DNA of 64,000 bases from Sedimentisphaerales bacterium (lineage in GTDB: Bacteria > Planctomycetota > Phycisphaerae > Sedimentisphaerales > Anaerobacaceae). The stretch is from contig JAXGYC010000007.1 in the NCBI GenBank assembly GCA_040772485.1, positions 288,001 through 352,000 of the forward strand, in the 5' to 3' direction. The notes beneath the pieces are model-generated. The model ran no database searches. It had not been told where the DNA came from and worked only from the letters and a program-made list of their open reading frames with translations. Made by a program: the position numbers and the translations under genes. Below are positions 45,813 to 57,042 of the stretch, one piece after another. How positions within the stretch are numbered: the stretch's first letter is position 1; every line of letters starts with the position of its first letter.

Positions 45813-46165
45813 GGCTTGACCTTTCCCTCGCTCAATAAATCGCACTATCTCACAAGGCCGACCGGAAGGTGTATCAGCCTCCGCTCAATGACGCTGATAT
45901 TCTAACCCAAACGCCCCTGCACTGCAACTCGATTCGTGTCAAACTGCCCATAAACAGACCTCCAGCCTGCTCTTCTCCTTATCTTCGACGTTTCTGGGCC
46001 TCTTCTTGTTACAGGTTTTCTATGTTTTTCCGCGCCGTCGCCCCGATCAGCAACTTGGATGTCCGGAACGCCGCCACCCGCCGGATTCCAGTTGAAAACG
46101 AGCCTCAGGTGGGCATAATGGGGTCTCGATCGCTCGGCCACAGCATGAAATTCGAGGACAAGATC

Positions 46166-49100
46166 ATGGCATGGCACCTACGACAGATTGCACCTTCGAT
46201 ACTTCTGGGCCTCCTTCTGCTGTCTGTGAGCTGCTCTCCTGACGCATCCCGGCCACGCGACAGCGGCAAGAACCAGCCGCTCCCCGGTCCCAGCCTCGGT
46301 GTCGTCACCGAATCGGCCCGGAGCATCCCAATCGTCTATGACGTCGACGTCGTCGTGGTCGGCGGCAGCTCGGCAGGCGTTGTGGCGGCAGCAGCGGCCG
46401 CTCGAAACGGCGCCAGGGTCTTCCTCGCAGCGCCGAGGCCCTATCTGGGGGAGGACCTGTGCGGAACGTACCGGCTCTGGCTGGAGCCGGGCGAGGAGCC
46501 CCGCTCCGACATGGCCAAGGCCCTCTTCGCGGAGCCTCCGTCCGCCAGGCAGATGCAGAACGCGGTTCCCTTCACCTACGAGGCAGATGTGCCCTCCTCC
46601 GCCCGCCACCCGGACACCACCCCCGCTTCAGTCCTGAACGACGGGAAATGGCACAGCGCTTCCTCACAGAGCGTCCAATACGACGGCAACGTGGAGATTA
46701 CCGCCGACGTGGGCAGCGAGCAGCGTCTGCGGCGGGTTCGGATCATGGCCTATCAGCGCAACGGGGACTTCAAGGTCGACACCGTCACCATCGAGGTCAG
46801 CCGGGACGCGAAGGGCTGGAACCGAGCCGCGATGATCAAGAACGGCAAGCTCGGACAGGGTTCGTTCGAGGAATCACCTGTCGAGCTGTCCGCAGGACTG
46901 GACAGCACCGCCCGATACGTCAGGATTCGAGTAAAGAAGTCACAGGCGGCCGGACGAATCCTCCTCGGCGAGATCGTGATCGAGAAGCCGCCGGGACCGA
47001 ACTCTTCCCCGCATGACCGGGTCCCGCCGTCTCCCATGCAAGTCAAGCGTGTTCTCGACGACACCCTGCTCAACGCAGGCGTTGAGTTTCTCTATGGCTG
47101 CTATGCTACCGATATACTCCGAGACGAGAGCGGCAGGCTGGCGGGAATCGTGATGGCCAATCGCTCGGGCCGGCAAGCGGTGAAAGCAAAGGTCGTCATC
47201 GACGCCACGGAGAGGGCCCTGGTTGCGCGAATGGCGGGCGCCGAGTTTGATCCCTATGCGATGGGCTGGCACAGCTTCAGACGCACCGTGATCGGCGGTG
47301 AGCTCCGACAGGGTGAGCACATGGAAGGGCGACGATTGCCCACACCGGTCCACGCGTCCGATGGACGGACCTACGAGGCCATCGAATACACCCTCCAGAT
47401 CCCCATGGAAGACGGCTCGTTCGCATCCTTTGCCAAGGCTGAACAGATCGCCCGGGACAAGACCTGGAGCCCCAAACAGGTGGATTCCTCGGAGACTCTG
47501 TTCCAGGTGCCGCCCGACCGCATGAAGGGCAAGTCTCGGGAGTGTTGCACGTGGCCCGGAGCGGCCGGCGTGAATCTCGACGTCTTCCGTCCCGAACGGA
47601 TCGAACGGCTGTTCGTGCTTGGAGGATGTGTGGACGTGGCAAGATCGGCTGCCGAGAAGCTCCTGCGCCCCCTTGAACTGATTGTGGTGGGAGAGCGCAT
47701 CGGTGCGGCAGCCGCCAGTGAGGCTCTCTCGCTGCCAACGAGCAAGAAGGTAGTCGCAAGCGGCCTTCGAGCAGCGCCGCTGGTTGGAGGTGATATCCGT
47801 GAGGACACCGCCTGGATGCGGCAGGACTGGCAGCATGGCGGCATGGCGCGAGCTGCCGAACGTGCGATCCCGATCATGGGAACCTACGACGTGGTCGTTG
47901 TCGGGGGCGGCACAGGGGGTGCGCCGGCCGGGATCGCCACCGCACGGCAGGGCGCCCGGACGCTGGTCGTCGAATACCTGCATGGCCTCGGAGGCATTGG
48001 GACACTCGGCCTGATCGGCAAGTACTACTACGGCTACCGCGAGGGCTTCACCAAGGAGATCGATCTGGGCCTGGCCGAGCTGGGCGGCGCATCCGAAGGG
48101 ACCAGCGGTCAGGGCGGCGCCTGGGACAGCCAACTGAAGATCGAATGGTACCGCCGGGAATTGAGAAAGGCCGGCGCCGACATATGGTACGGCGCGTTTG
48201 GATGCGGCGCGTTCGTCGAAGGCAATCAGGTCAAAGGCGTCGTTGTTGCCACGCCGCAAGGCCGAGGCGTGGTTCTGGCGAAGGTAGTCATCGACGCGAC
48301 CGGTAGCGCGACCATCGCCGCTGCCGCCGGAGCCGACTGTATCTACACGAATGCCGAGCACATCGCGGTACAGGGGACGGGGCTGCCGCCCTGGGAGCCG
48401 GGCGCCCGATACACCAACACCGACTTCACGTTCATCGATGACCTCGACGCGGTCGATGCATGGCGGTCGTTCCTCACCGCCCGCAAGAAATTCGACGATG
48501 CGTATGACCTGGCACAGATCGTCGACAGCCGCGAACGCAGGCAGATCGTCGGCGATTTCTTCCTCTCGCCTTCGGACGCCTATCTGGGCCGGACCTTCCC
48601 CGACACCATCGTCCGGGCCAATAGCAATTTCGACTCGCACGGCTTCACCATTCATCCGATGTTCCTGCTCAAGCCGCCGGACCGCGAGGCAATCCCCTGC
48701 TACGTCCCCTACCGCTGTCTGCTGCCCAAAGGCCTCGAAGGCATCCTCGTAACGGGGCTGGCGGTCAGCGCTCATCGTGACGTCATGCCGGTGATCCGTA
48801 TGCAGCCGGACATTCAGAACCAGGGCTATGCGGCGGGCGTCGCCGCGGCCATGGCGGTCCAGGCGAACCGGAAGCTGCGCGACATCGACATCCGCACACT
48901 CCAGCGGCATCTCGTCGAGAAAGGGAACCTGCCCGCCGACGTGCTTGCCCACGAAGACTCGTTCCCGCTGCCCAAAGAGCAGATCGAGCGCGCCGTCGCG
49001 TCCTTGGCAAACGATTTCGAGGGCATCGAGATCGTCTACGCCCAGCCGGAGGCGGCTTTGCCCCTCCTGCGTCAGGCGTACACCAGCGCAACCAGCGAGG

Positions 49101-49678
49101 AAGACAAGCTCACCTACGCCCACATCCTCGGTATCATGGGCGATGACGCAGGCGCCGCGACGCTCGCGGAAGCGGTGAGGCAACGGGAGTGGGACGAAGG
49201 CTGGAAGTACACGGGCATGGGACAATATGGTCTGAGCATGAGCCCGGTGGACAGCCTGATCGTCACCCTGGGCCGGACGGGACGCAAAGAGGCCCTCGAT
49301 CCCATCATCGAGAAGATCGCCCAACTCGGTCCCGAACACGCGATGTCCCATCACCGGGCCGTGGCCATGGCGATGGAGGCCCAGCGGGATCGTTCCGCCG
49401 CGAAGCCGCTCGCCGACCTGCTCCGCAAACCTGGCATGACGGGACATGCCTATACAGACATTAAGAAAGTCATGACGAGCATACCACCGAGTCCGGTCGA
49501 TAACTCCACACGAGAGGTTTCGCTGCGGGAACTGATCCTGGCAAGAGCTTTGTATCGTTGCGGCGACGACGACGGCCTTGGCGAAAGCATCCTGAGAGAG
49601 TATGCTCGCGATCTGCGCGGCCACTATGCGCGTCACGCGACGGCCATTTTGAAGGAGAAACCAGGGCGCCGCACCTGA
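46166..49678 (+). CDS. Lipoprotein FAD-dependent oxidoreductase with two FAD-binding modules and a discoidin-like insert
   Basis: LSVSC lipobox-like; DVVVVGGSSAG and DVVVVGGGTGG; two VVIDAT motifs; VPYRCLLP. Confidence 0.8.
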   Translation: MAWHLRQIAPSILLGLLLLSVSCSPDASRPRDSGKNQPLPGPSLGVVTESARSIPIVYDVDVVVVGGSSAGVVAAAAAARNGARVFLAAPRPYLGEDLCGTYRLWLEPGEEPRSDMAKALFAEPPSARQMQNAVPFTYEADVPSSARHPDTTPASVLNDGKWHSASSQSVQYDGNVEITADVGSEQRLRRVRIMAYQRNGDFKVDTVTIEVSRDAKGWNRAAMIKNGKLGQGSFEESPVELSAGLDSTARYVRIRVKKSQAAGRILLGEIVIEKPPGPNSSPHDRVPPSPMQVKRVLDDTLLNAGVEFLYGCYATDILRDESGRLAGIVMANRSGRQAVKAKVVIDATERALVARMAGAEFDPYAMGWHSFRRTVIGGELRQGEHMEGRRLPTPVHASDGRTYEAIEYTLQIPMEDGSFASFAKAEQIARDKTWSPKQVDSSETLFQVPPDRMKGKSRECCTWPGAAGVNLDVFRPERIERLFVLGGCVDVARSAAEKLLRPLELIVVGERIGAAAASEALSLPTSKKVVASGLRAAPLVGGDIREDTAWMRQDWQHGGMARAAERAIPIMGTYDVVVVGGGTGGAPAGIATARQGARTLVVEYLHGLGGIGTLGLIGKYYYGYREGFTKEIDLGLAELGGASEGTSGQGGAWDSQLKIEWYRRELRKAGADIWYGAFGCGAFVEGNQVKGVVVATPQGRGVVLAKVVIDATGSATIAAAAGADCIYTNAEHIAVQGTGLPPWEPGARYTNTDFTFIDDLDAVDAWRSFLTARKKFDDAYDLAQIVDSRERRQIVGDFFLSPSDAYLGRTFPDTIVRANSNFDSHGFTIHPMFLLKPPDREAIPCYVPYRCLLPKGLEGILVTGLAVSAHRDVMPVIRMQPDIQNQGYAAGVAAAMAVQANRKLRDIDIRTLQRHLVEKGNLPADVLAHEDSFPLPKEQIERAVASLANDFEGIEIVYAQPEAALPLLRQAYTSATSEEDKLTYAHILGIMGDDAGAATLAEAVRQREWDEGWKYTGMGQYGLSMSPVDSLIVTLGRTGRKEALDPIIEKIAQLGPEHAMSHHRAVAMAMEAQRDRSAAKPLADLLRKPGMTGHAYTDIKKVMTSIPPSPVDNSTREVSLRELILARALYRCGDDDGLGESILREYARDLRGHYARHATAILKEKPGRRT

Positions 49679-49750
49679 GGCGGCTGCGGTGCCCCCGGAC
49701 AACAGGAACAAAGGCGATCATAGACCGTTGGAACCTTAAGGAGGTAAGAA

Positions 49751-50785
49751 ATGGCAGGACAATACCGATTCTCGTTTGGGCCATGGAACATTCATGAGGG
49801 GGGCGATCCGTTCGGCCCGACGGTCCGGACCACCATCAAGTTCGCCAAGAAGCTCAAGCTCTTCAAGAAGCTCGGCTTCGAGGGCGTGCAGTTTCACGAT
49901 GACGACGCTGTGCCCGACATGAACGAACTGGGCCCCAAGGAAATCGTCGCCAAGGCCAAAGAGGTGCAAAAGACCCTGGCCGATGAAGGCCTCGTCGCAG
50001 AATTCGTCGCGCCCCGCCTGTGGGAAGACCCGCGCACGATCGACGGCGGCTACACCTCGAACGACCCCGAATGCCGCAAGTACGCCCGCGACCGCAGCCG
50101 TCGCGCCATCGATATCGCGGCGGCCCTCGAGACCGACCTGATCGTGCTGTGGCTGGCCCGAGAAGGCACCTATATGCGCGAGGCCAAGGACAGTAAAGTG
50201 GCGGTCGACCGCCTCGTCGAGGCGATCGACGACATGCTCGCGTACAACAAGAGCATCAAGATCGCCATCGAGCCCAAGCCCAATGAGCCGATGGACCAGG
50301 CCTACATCCCGACCACGGGCCACGCGATGGCTCTGGGGTACCTGACGAAGGACGCCAGACGCGTCGGCGTGAACATCGAAACCGCCCACGCCATCCTGGC
50401 GGGCCTCGACCCGTCGGACGAGATGGGCTTCGCGCTGGCATACGACAAGCTCTATACGGTTCACCTGAACGACCAGAACGGCCTGAAATTCGACGAGGAC
50501 AAAAGCTTTGGGTCGGTCAACCTGCGCCGGGCCTTCAACCAGGTTCGCATCCTCGACAAGTACAACTACGGCAAGAAAGGTGAGTTCGTCGGCCTCGACG
50601 TCAAGGCGGTGCGGACGCAGAAGCAGGATGTCGCAACCAAGCACCTCAGCAACAGCCGGACGATCTTCCTGCAACTGGTCGAGCTGGTGCGAAGTCTCGA
50701 TGAAAGCCGCGTCGAGCAACTGATCGCCGAGCGTGACTACGAGGAACTGGACCTGCTGATCATCAACCACCTGATGGGCAAGTGA
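49751..50785 (+). CDS. Xylose isomerase-like TIM-barrel enzyme
   Basis: FSFGPW, DPFG, FHDDD, WLAREG, IEPKPNEP, NIETAH and HLNDQNG.KFDED. Confidence 0.85.
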   Translation: MAGQYRFSFGPWNIHEGGDPFGPTVRTTIKFAKKLKLFKKLGFEGVQFHDDDAVPDMNELGPKEIVAKAKEVQKTLADEGLVAEFVAPRLWEDPRTIDGGYTSNDPECRKYARDRSRRAIDIAAALETDLIVLWLAREGTYMREAKDSKVAVDRLVEAIDDMLAYNKSIKIAIEPKPNEPMDQAYIPTTGHAMALGYLTKDARRVGVNIETAHAILAGLDPSDEMGFALAYDKLYTVHLNDQNGLKFDEDKSFGSVNLRRAFNQVRILDKYNYGKKGEFVGLDVKAVRTQKQDVATKHLSNSRTIFLQLVELVRSLDESRVEQLIAERDYEELDLLIINHLMGK

Positions 50786-50813
50786 ACCGCCCGAAACCCC
50801 GACAAGAGGAATC

Positions 50814-51575
50814 ATGAGCAACGATAAAGTTGTCCTGAGTCTCGGCGCCCATCCGGACGATGCCGAGTTCATGTGCGCCGGGACCCTGGCCCTGCTCCGC
50901 GAGCGAGGCTGGGAAGTCCACATCGCAACGTTCACGCCGGGCGATTGCGGCACCGTCGAGTACAGCCGGGAAGAGATCAGCCGGATTCGCAAGAGCGAGG
51001 CCGCCAAGGCGGTCAGCCTCCTCGGCGGACATTACCACTGCCTCGAATGCGACGATGCCTTCATCATGTACGACCGCCCCACGCTGCTCAAGGCGATTGC
51101 GCTGGTGCGGAAGGTCCGGCCGAAGATCGTCTTTACGCTGAGCCCGTCAGACTATATGGTCGACCACGAGATGTCCAGCAGGCTGACCCAGTCGGCGTGC
51201 TTCTGCTGCGGCATCGTCAACATCGAAACGCCCGGCGCCAAGCCATTCGAACCGATCCCTCACCTGTACTACACCGACGCAGTGGAGGGCAAGGACAAGC
51301 TCGGCGCCGAGATCGCGCCCGGCTTCATCGTGGACACCAGCAGCGTCATCGACATCAAGACGAAGATGCTCGTTTGCCACGAGAGCCAGCGCAACTGGCT
51401 ACTGGCTCATCACGGCATCGATGAATACACCGACCAGATGAAGAAGCTCGGTCGCAAACGCGGGGCCGGGATCGACGCCGAATTCGGCGAAGGATTCCGC
51501 CAGCACCTGGGGCATGCCTACCCTCAGGACAATCTGCTCAAGGCCGAGTTGGGCAATCTGGTCCACATGAGATAG
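50814..51575 (+). CDS. PIG-L/LmbE family N-deacetylase
   Basis: AHPDDAE, R..E, DYMVDH and H.SQ. Confidence 0.9.
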   Translation: MSNDKVVLSLGAHPDDAEFMCAGTLALLRERGWEVHIATFTPGDCGTVEYSREEISRIRKSEAAKAVSLLGGHYHCLECDDAFIMYDRPTLLKAIALVRKVRPKIVFTLSPSDYMVDHEMSSRLTQSACFCCGIVNIETPGAKPFEPIPHLYYTDAVEGKDKLGAEIAPGFIVDTSSVIDIKTKMLVCHESQRNWLLAHHGIDEYTDQMKKLGRKRGAGIDAEFGEGFRQHLGHAYPQDNLLKAELGNLVHMR

Positions 51576-51585
51576 GGGAACGATC

Positions 51586-52515
51586 ATGGGCAGAAAACAG
51601 AGTCTCCTGGCCCCGGACTGGTGGGACTACACCACGCTTGATGACGCGATTCTCAACGACGCGGCCCGGCTCACCGCCGAGCACATGGCAGCTCTGAGCC
51701 GGGAAGGCTTCCGGGTCGTTTTCTACGACACGCTGGAGGATTTCTACCTGGCCGAAGCCCTTGAGTATGTCACGGCCTGGAAGCACGCGACGCCCGACAG
51801 CCCCGTCGGTCTCTGCGGGCCGATCGGACCGACCGAGCAGTTGCCTCTCGTGGCAAGACTGGTCAACGAATTGGAGCTGAAGCTGCGGAATGCCCACTTC
51901 TGGGGCATGGACGAGTGGTACATGAACGGTGCGGAAGTGCCCGAGACACACCCGTTGTCATTCGCCAAGGCGGACAAGGAGCTGTGTTTCGATCGGATCC
52001 GACCGGAACTGAGAATGCCCGAGGCGAACCTGCACTTTCCCAAGGCCGATACGTCGGCCTACATTCGAAGCTGGGACGGTGTCCGCTGCGCCGTCATGCA
52101 GGGCGGCCAGGGCGACATCAAGCACTGGGCGTTCAACGACCCGGTTCGCCGGCAAGGCCCGTACAAAGACCGCCCGCCGACGCCGCGGGAGTACCGCCAA
52201 CTGACGACGCGCGTCGTGGACCTGCATCCCGTGACGGTGATGCAGAACGCGCGAACCAGCGGCGGCGGTGTCGTGACGAGCGTACCGACCCAGGCGATCA
52301 CCGTCGGCCCCCTCCAGACATGGCAGGCCGAGAAGGTCTCGATCTGGCAGGCGGGAACGCACGACAATCCGTTCGGCATGCGCCTGACCACGTTGATGAT
52401 CGCCAAGAAGCTCGCCGACAGCGCTGTGCCCATGTCCCTGCTGGCCGACCACCCCAACGTGCAATTCAATTTCTATCGCCCGGCGATCGGCACGTGCGAA
52501 GCGGAAATGCACTGA
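51586..52515 (+). CDS. Glucosamine-6-phosphate deaminase/isomerase-like (NagB superfamily)
   Basis: WGMDEW, HPLSF, GGQG...HWAFNDP and P.QAITVG. Confidence 0.75.
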   Translation: MGRKQSLLAPDWWDYTTLDDAILNDAARLTAEHMAALSREGFRVVFYDTLEDFYLAEALEYVTAWKHATPDSPVGLCGPIGPTEQLPLVARLVNELELKLRNAHFWGMDEWYMNGAEVPETHPLSFAKADKELCFDRIRPELRMPEANLHFPKADTSAYIRSWDGVRCAVMQGGQGDIKHWAFNDPVRRQGPYKDRPPTPREYRQLTTRVVDLHPVTVMQNARTSGGGVVTSVPTQAITVGPLQTWQAEKVSIWQAGTHDNPFGMRLTTLMIAKKLADSAVPMSLLADHPNVQFNFYRPAIGTCEAEMH

Positions 52516-52543
52516 GGCCAAACCGCGAAAGGAGACACCACTG

Positions 52544-53749
52544 ATGGCTGTGGATGTTCTGATCCTCAACACGGCGGTCGCCGACCTGCGCCGGGCCGAC
52601 TTCCAGTTCGCGGACCGGCTCGTGGGCAAAGGCGGCCTGGCCAAGTGCAGAACCGAAGACATGCCCGACTATTCTCAGGAGCAGATCAAGCAGTGGATCG
52701 ACGAAGGCAGCGCCACCGCGGGCGGGCCGGGCAACACTGCGCCGCTGATCGCTCGGACCGGGCTGAAGGTCGCCGTCGGGGTCAATCTCGGAAAAGGCGA
52801 TTACGACGGACTCGACGCCCAGGGCCGGTTCTTCTACGACGTTCTGGTCGCCAACGGCGTCGACATGTCCGCCACGCACGTTCACCCGACCCTTCCGACC
52901 GGTACGACGTTCATCCACAACCCCAAGGGCGACGACCGTGGCGGCATCGCGTACTTCCCCAACGCCAACAACGATTTCGATTTCGCGATCTTCCGCAAGG
53001 CCGTCGAGCGGCTCGAACCGCGGATCGTTTACTACATGTATTCCGGCCTGTCCGACCGGGGCGACGCCAACGGCGGTCGGGACCTGGCACAGTTCATCCA
53101 CTGGTGCCGGACCCGGGGGGCCCTGACCATCGCCGACAGCCACACCCTGACGGGAAATCCGCATCGGCTCATCGCCGAAGGCAAACCCGTCGCTGAGTAT
53201 CGGCTCCTGGAGCCGCTCCTGCCGGAGCTCGATGTGTTCTTCACCTCTTCGGACGAGGCCAAGCTGATCCAGAACACGATCGGCACGCCTCGCGACTGGG
53301 TCGAATTCGATGAGAGAGAAGACAATACCCACTTTCTGGAGTTTCTCACCGAGCGATTCTGGCGGGATAAGGGACGAACGCGTCTGCTCGGCATCACGGT
53401 CAGCAACGGCGCTTACGAGATCCACCGTGGCCCCGATGGTCAAACCGCCGGACCGGTCAAGGTCATCTCGCGATTCCTCAGCGGGGAGGTCATCGACCTT
53501 GTCGGCGCCGGCGACTCCTTCCGGGCCGGCTTGATCACCTATCTGGCGAGCAACCTCGATGCGTTTCGCGCCGGCTCATTCGATTTCACACAGGCCGTGC
53601 AGGCGGGCAACCTCTTCGCGTCCCTGTTCATCAAGGCCCCGCTCGACGACCGCTACGCCAACATCAAGACCTATGGCAAGATGCTTCGCGTCCTGCAAAT
53701 CGACAAAGGCTTCGACAGCTTCGAAGCCCTCTGCAAGGCGCTGGATTGA
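52544..53749 (+). CDS. PfkB-family carbohydrate kinase
   Basis: GGPGN and DLVGAGDSFRAG. Confidence 0.88.
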   Translation: MAVDVLILNTAVADLRRADFQFADRLVGKGGLAKCRTEDMPDYSQEQIKQWIDEGSATAGGPGNTAPLIARTGLKVAVGVNLGKGDYDGLDAQGRFFYDVLVANGVDMSATHVHPTLPTGTTFIHNPKGDDRGGIAYFPNANNDFDFAIFRKAVERLEPRIVYYMYSGLSDRGDANGGRDLAQFIHWCRTRGALTIADSHTLTGNPHRLIAEGKPVAEYRLLEPLLPELDVFFTSSDEAKLIQNTIGTPRDWVEFDEREDNTHFLEFLTERFWRDKGRTRLLGITVSNGAYEIHRGPDGQTAGPVKVISRFLSGEVIDLVGAGDSFRAGLITYLASNLDAFRAGSFDFTQAVQAGNLFASLFIKAPLDDRYANIKTYGKMLRVLQIDKGFDSFEALCKALD

Positions 53750-53765
53750 CCGGGAGTGAACTCAG

Positions 53766-54842
53766 ATGGCACTGAAAAAGGCTTCGTTCGACTGGCAGGA
53801 CCGCGTGAGCAATCCCGCACAGGTGGGCGGCATCGAGACCAGCATTCTCGATAACGGGCTGGGCAAGGGCACGCGAATCGCGTGGATCAACACAGGCTCC
53901 GGGCTGCGATACAAAGTGGTCATCGATCGGGCGCTGGACATCGTGGACGCCTTCCACAATCAGCACAGCCTCGCCTGGCTCAGCCATGCCGGCGTGACGG
54001 CGCCGCGGCCGGACGCCAATCAGGGCATCGAATGGCTGTGGCCTTTTGGCGGCGGCCTGCTGACGACTTGCGGCCTGAGCCACGCCGGAGCGCCCGACGA
54101 CGACGAATCGGGCCGGCGAGGTCTGCACGGGCGCATCAGCAACATCCCCGCTGAGGTCGAGTCCATCGTACAGCCCGATCTTCGAGCGGGCAGGCTCGAA
54201 ATGAGCATTACCGCGGTGGTCAAGGAATACCGCGTCTTCGGCCCGACTCTGCAACTGCGCCGGACCATCTCCAGCACGCTGGGCCAGGGCACGATCCGCA
54301 TCCACGACGTGGTCAGCAACCTGGGCAACACGCCGACGCCGCACATGCTGTTGTACCACTGCAACTATGGCTGGCCTCTGGTCGACGAGGGGACACAGAT
54401 CGTCTGGAAAGGCGCGTGGCGGTCGCGTGGCCTGGACATGGACAACGCAATCTTCAACGACAAGAACGATTTCCGCGTGTGCCGCAAGCCGCTCGAGGCC
54501 CATCGCGGCGGCGGCGAGGCCTGTGGCTTCGTCGATGTCGCAGCCGACAAGAGCGGTCTGTGTACCATTGGCCTGCACAACAAGAGACTGGGGTTGGCGG
54601 TAGCGACCCGTTACAGGAAGAAGCACTTCCCCTGCATGGCCAACTGGCAGCACTGGGGGCCGGGCGAGTACGTCACCGGCCTGGAGCCGGGCACCAATTT
54701 CCCGATCGGCCAGAGCGCGGCCCGCAGACAGAAGCAACTGATCTACCTCGGCCCCGGAAAAAGCCGGACGTACGACCTGGAAATCAGCGTGCTCACGAAA
54801 GACACAGACATCAATGCGTTCCTCAAGACGGCCGGGCAGTGA
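53766..54842 (+). CDS. Aldose 1-epimerase-like protein (DUF4432 type)
   Basis: DRALDI, GGLLTTCGL, LHGRISN, LYHCNYG and GLEPG. Confidence 0.82.
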   Translation: MALKKASFDWQDRVSNPAQVGGIETSILDNGLGKGTRIAWINTGSGLRYKVVIDRALDIVDAFHNQHSLAWLSHAGVTAPRPDANQGIEWLWPFGGGLLTTCGLSHAGAPDDDESGRRGLHGRISNIPAEVESIVQPDLRAGRLEMSITAVVKEYRVFGPTLQLRRTISSTLGQGTIRIHDVVSNLGNTPTPHMLLYHCNYGWPLVDEGTQIVWKGAWRSRGLDMDNAIFNDKNDFRVCRKPLEAHRGGGEACGFVDVAADKSGLCTIGLHNKRLGLAVATRYRKKHFPCMANWQHWGPGEYVTGLEPGTNFPIGQSAARRQKQLIYLGPGKSRTYDLEISVLTKDTDINAFLKTAGQ

Positions 54843-54843
54843 G

Positions 54844-56121
54844 ATGGCCGATCACACGTTCGTGGGTTTCGGATTCGGGCCGATCCAGAGCGGCCTGTTC
54901 GCCAAAGAGGCCTTTCAGAGCGGCCGGTTTACCCGGATCGTCGTCGCCGAAATCGATCCGGCACTGGTTCGGGCCGTTCGGGCCAATGGTGGAACGTACC
55001 ACGTCAACGTCGCCCGGGCGGACCGCATCGAGACGCAACAGATCGACAACGTCGAGCTGCTCGACCCGACGGACTCCAAGGACAACAGGACGCTTCGTGG
55101 TGCGCTGGTCCAGGCGACGGAAATCTGTACCTGCCTGCCCTCGGTGAATTTCTACACCTCGGGCCAAGCCAACAGCGTCGCCGCACTGATCGCCGGCGGC
55201 TTGGCCCATCGAGGGGAGACACCCGCCATCGTCTATGCGGCCGAGAACAACAACCACGCCGCCGAGATCCTGCGGGACGCCCTCGCGGAGCGTCTGAGCG
55301 TTCCCCCCCCCACGTGTGTGCAATTTCTGAACACGGTGATCGGCAAGATGAGCCGGGTGGTGAACGATCCGGCCGAGATCGCCGCGCTGAATCTCACGCC
55401 CATCGCCCCGGGGATCGAACGGGCGTTCCTGGTCGAGGAGTTCAATCGCATCCTCGTCAGCAAGACGACGATCGCAGGCTTTGCGCCGGGCATTCAGGTG
55501 TTCGTCGAGAAGGACGATCTGCTGCCCTTCGAGGAGGCCAAGCTCTACGGACACAACGCCATCCACGCGCTGCTCGGCTTCATCGGTGCGCTCAAAGGCT
55601 ACACAAGAATGACCGACCTGGCCGCCGACAAGCCCCTGATGCACGTTGCGAGGGAGGCCTTTGTCCGCGAATCGGGCGGCGCCCTGATCCGCAAGTACGC
55701 GTCGCTCGGCGACGAGCTGTTCACCGAGTCGGGCTACCAGCGATACGCGGACGATCTGCTCCGGCGGATGACCAATCCCTTCCTGGCAGACACCACGGAA
55801 CGCGCCGCCCGCGACATTCTGCGCAAGCTCGGCGCCACTGACCGGGTCTTCGGGACGATGTCCCTCGCATTGGGATGGGGCGTTCAGCCGGCCAATATGG
55901 CTGTAGGCGCTCTGGCGGGTGCCGCGATGCTTCTTGGCGATGTTGCCAAACACGGCGTGCCCGACGAGTTCCACGGAATCGGCTGGCAGAGCCTGGATCG
56001 GGCCGGGCTCGCCGATCTGCTGCGGTGGGTGTGGAAGAACGAAGAAGCCCCGTTCCGCGACGAGCTGATCGACAGGACCTGGCAAGCCAGGGACCTGCTC
56101 GGCGAACTGGTCCATCCATGA
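54844..56121 (+). CDS. Mannitol-1-phosphate/polyol dehydrogenase-like protein
   Basis: GFGFGPIQSG Rossmann motif, AENN, KLYGHNAIHA and R..NP.L.D...R..RD..RKL...DR. Confidence 0.75.
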   Translation: MADHTFVGFGFGPIQSGLFAKEAFQSGRFTRIVVAEIDPALVRAVRANGGTYHVNVARADRIETQQIDNVELLDPTDSKDNRTLRGALVQATEICTCLPSVNFYTSGQANSVAALIAGGLAHRGETPAIVYAAENNNHAAEILRDALAERLSVPPPTCVQFLNTVIGKMSRVVNDPAEIAALNLTPIAPGIERAFLVEEFNRILVSKTTIAGFAPGIQVFVEKDDLLPFEEAKLYGHNAIHALLGFIGALKGYTRMTDLAADKPLMHVAREAFVRESGGALIRKYASLGDELFTESGYQRYADDLLRRMTNPFLADTTERAARDILRKLGATDRVFGTMSLALGWGVQPANMAVGALAGAAMLLGDVAKHGVPDEFHGIGWQSLDRAGLADLLRWVWKNEEAPFRDELIDRTWQARDLLGELVHP

Positions 56122-57014
56122 ACGCCCAGAAGCGAACCAGCACCGCGTATGTGTATGCGATGGTCGCCGTGCTGTTCTGGGCAACCTCCGCGTCCGCGTT
56201 CAAGCTTTCGCAGCGGCATGTCCAGGACCTGCCGCTGTTGTTCCTTGCCTCCGCCACATCGACTGTCATCTTCGGAATCTATCTGACGGCCGCACAGAGG
56301 CTGCATCTGCTAAGGACGCTGACCCACAAGGACTTGCTCTGGTCGGCCGGACTGGGCTTCCTGAATCCGTTCCTCTACTACGCCATTCTATTCAAGGCCT
56401 ATTCCCTGCTGCCCGCCCAGGAGGCGCAGCCGATCAACTTCGTCTGGCCGCTGACGCTGGTGCTGCTCTCGATCCCCCTGCTGGGCCAGCGAATCAAGCC
56501 CGCTAGCATCGTGGCGATCCTCATCAGCCTTGCGGGCGTGGTCGTCATCGCCACTCGCCCCGGAAAACCTGCGGACATCCTGGACTTTCGATTCAGCAAT
56601 GGACTCGGGGTGCTGCTGGCCCTGAGTACCACGGTCGTGTGGGCTCTGTTCTGGATCTACAACACCAGGGATCGCTGCGATGAGGCCGTGCGTCTGTTCC
56701 TGAACTTCGCGTTCGCAACCGGATACACGTTCATCGCTGTCTTGCTGACGGACCAAGTCGATGTGCCTGTCTGGCAGGGACTGATCGGAGGCGTCTACAT
56801 TGGTCTGTTCGAGATGGGGATCACGTTCCTCGCGTGGCTCAAGGCCCTCAAGCTGGCCAGGACCACCGCTCACGTGGTGAACCTGATCTACCTGGTCCCG
56901 TTTCTGTCGCTCCTGGTCATCGCGCTGGTGTTGGGCGAGAGGATCCTCCCTGCGACCCTCGTTGGGCTGGTTCTCATCATCGCCGGCATCGTCCTGCAAA
57001 AGCGATGGGCATGA
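56118..57014 (+). CDS. DMT/EamA-family transporter
   Basis: About ten TMs in two EamA repeats; LGERI. Confidence 0.88.
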   Translation: MNAQKRTSTAYVYAMVAVLFWATSASAFKLSQRHVQDLPLLFLASATSTVIFGIYLTAAQRLHLLRTLTHKDLLWSAGLGFLNPFLYYAILFKAYSLLPAQEAQPINFVWPLTLVLLSIPLLGQRIKPASIVAILISLAGVVVIATRPGKPADILDFRFSNGLGVLLALSTTVVWALFWIYNTRDRCDEAVRLFLNFAFATGYTFIAVLLTDQVDVPVWQGLIGGVYIGLFEMGITFLAWLKALKLARTTAHVVNLIYLVPFLSLLVIALVLGERILPATLVGLVLIIAGIVLQKRWA

Positions 57015-57042
57015 TTGTCCGGATTCGGCGACCGAGACGCGT

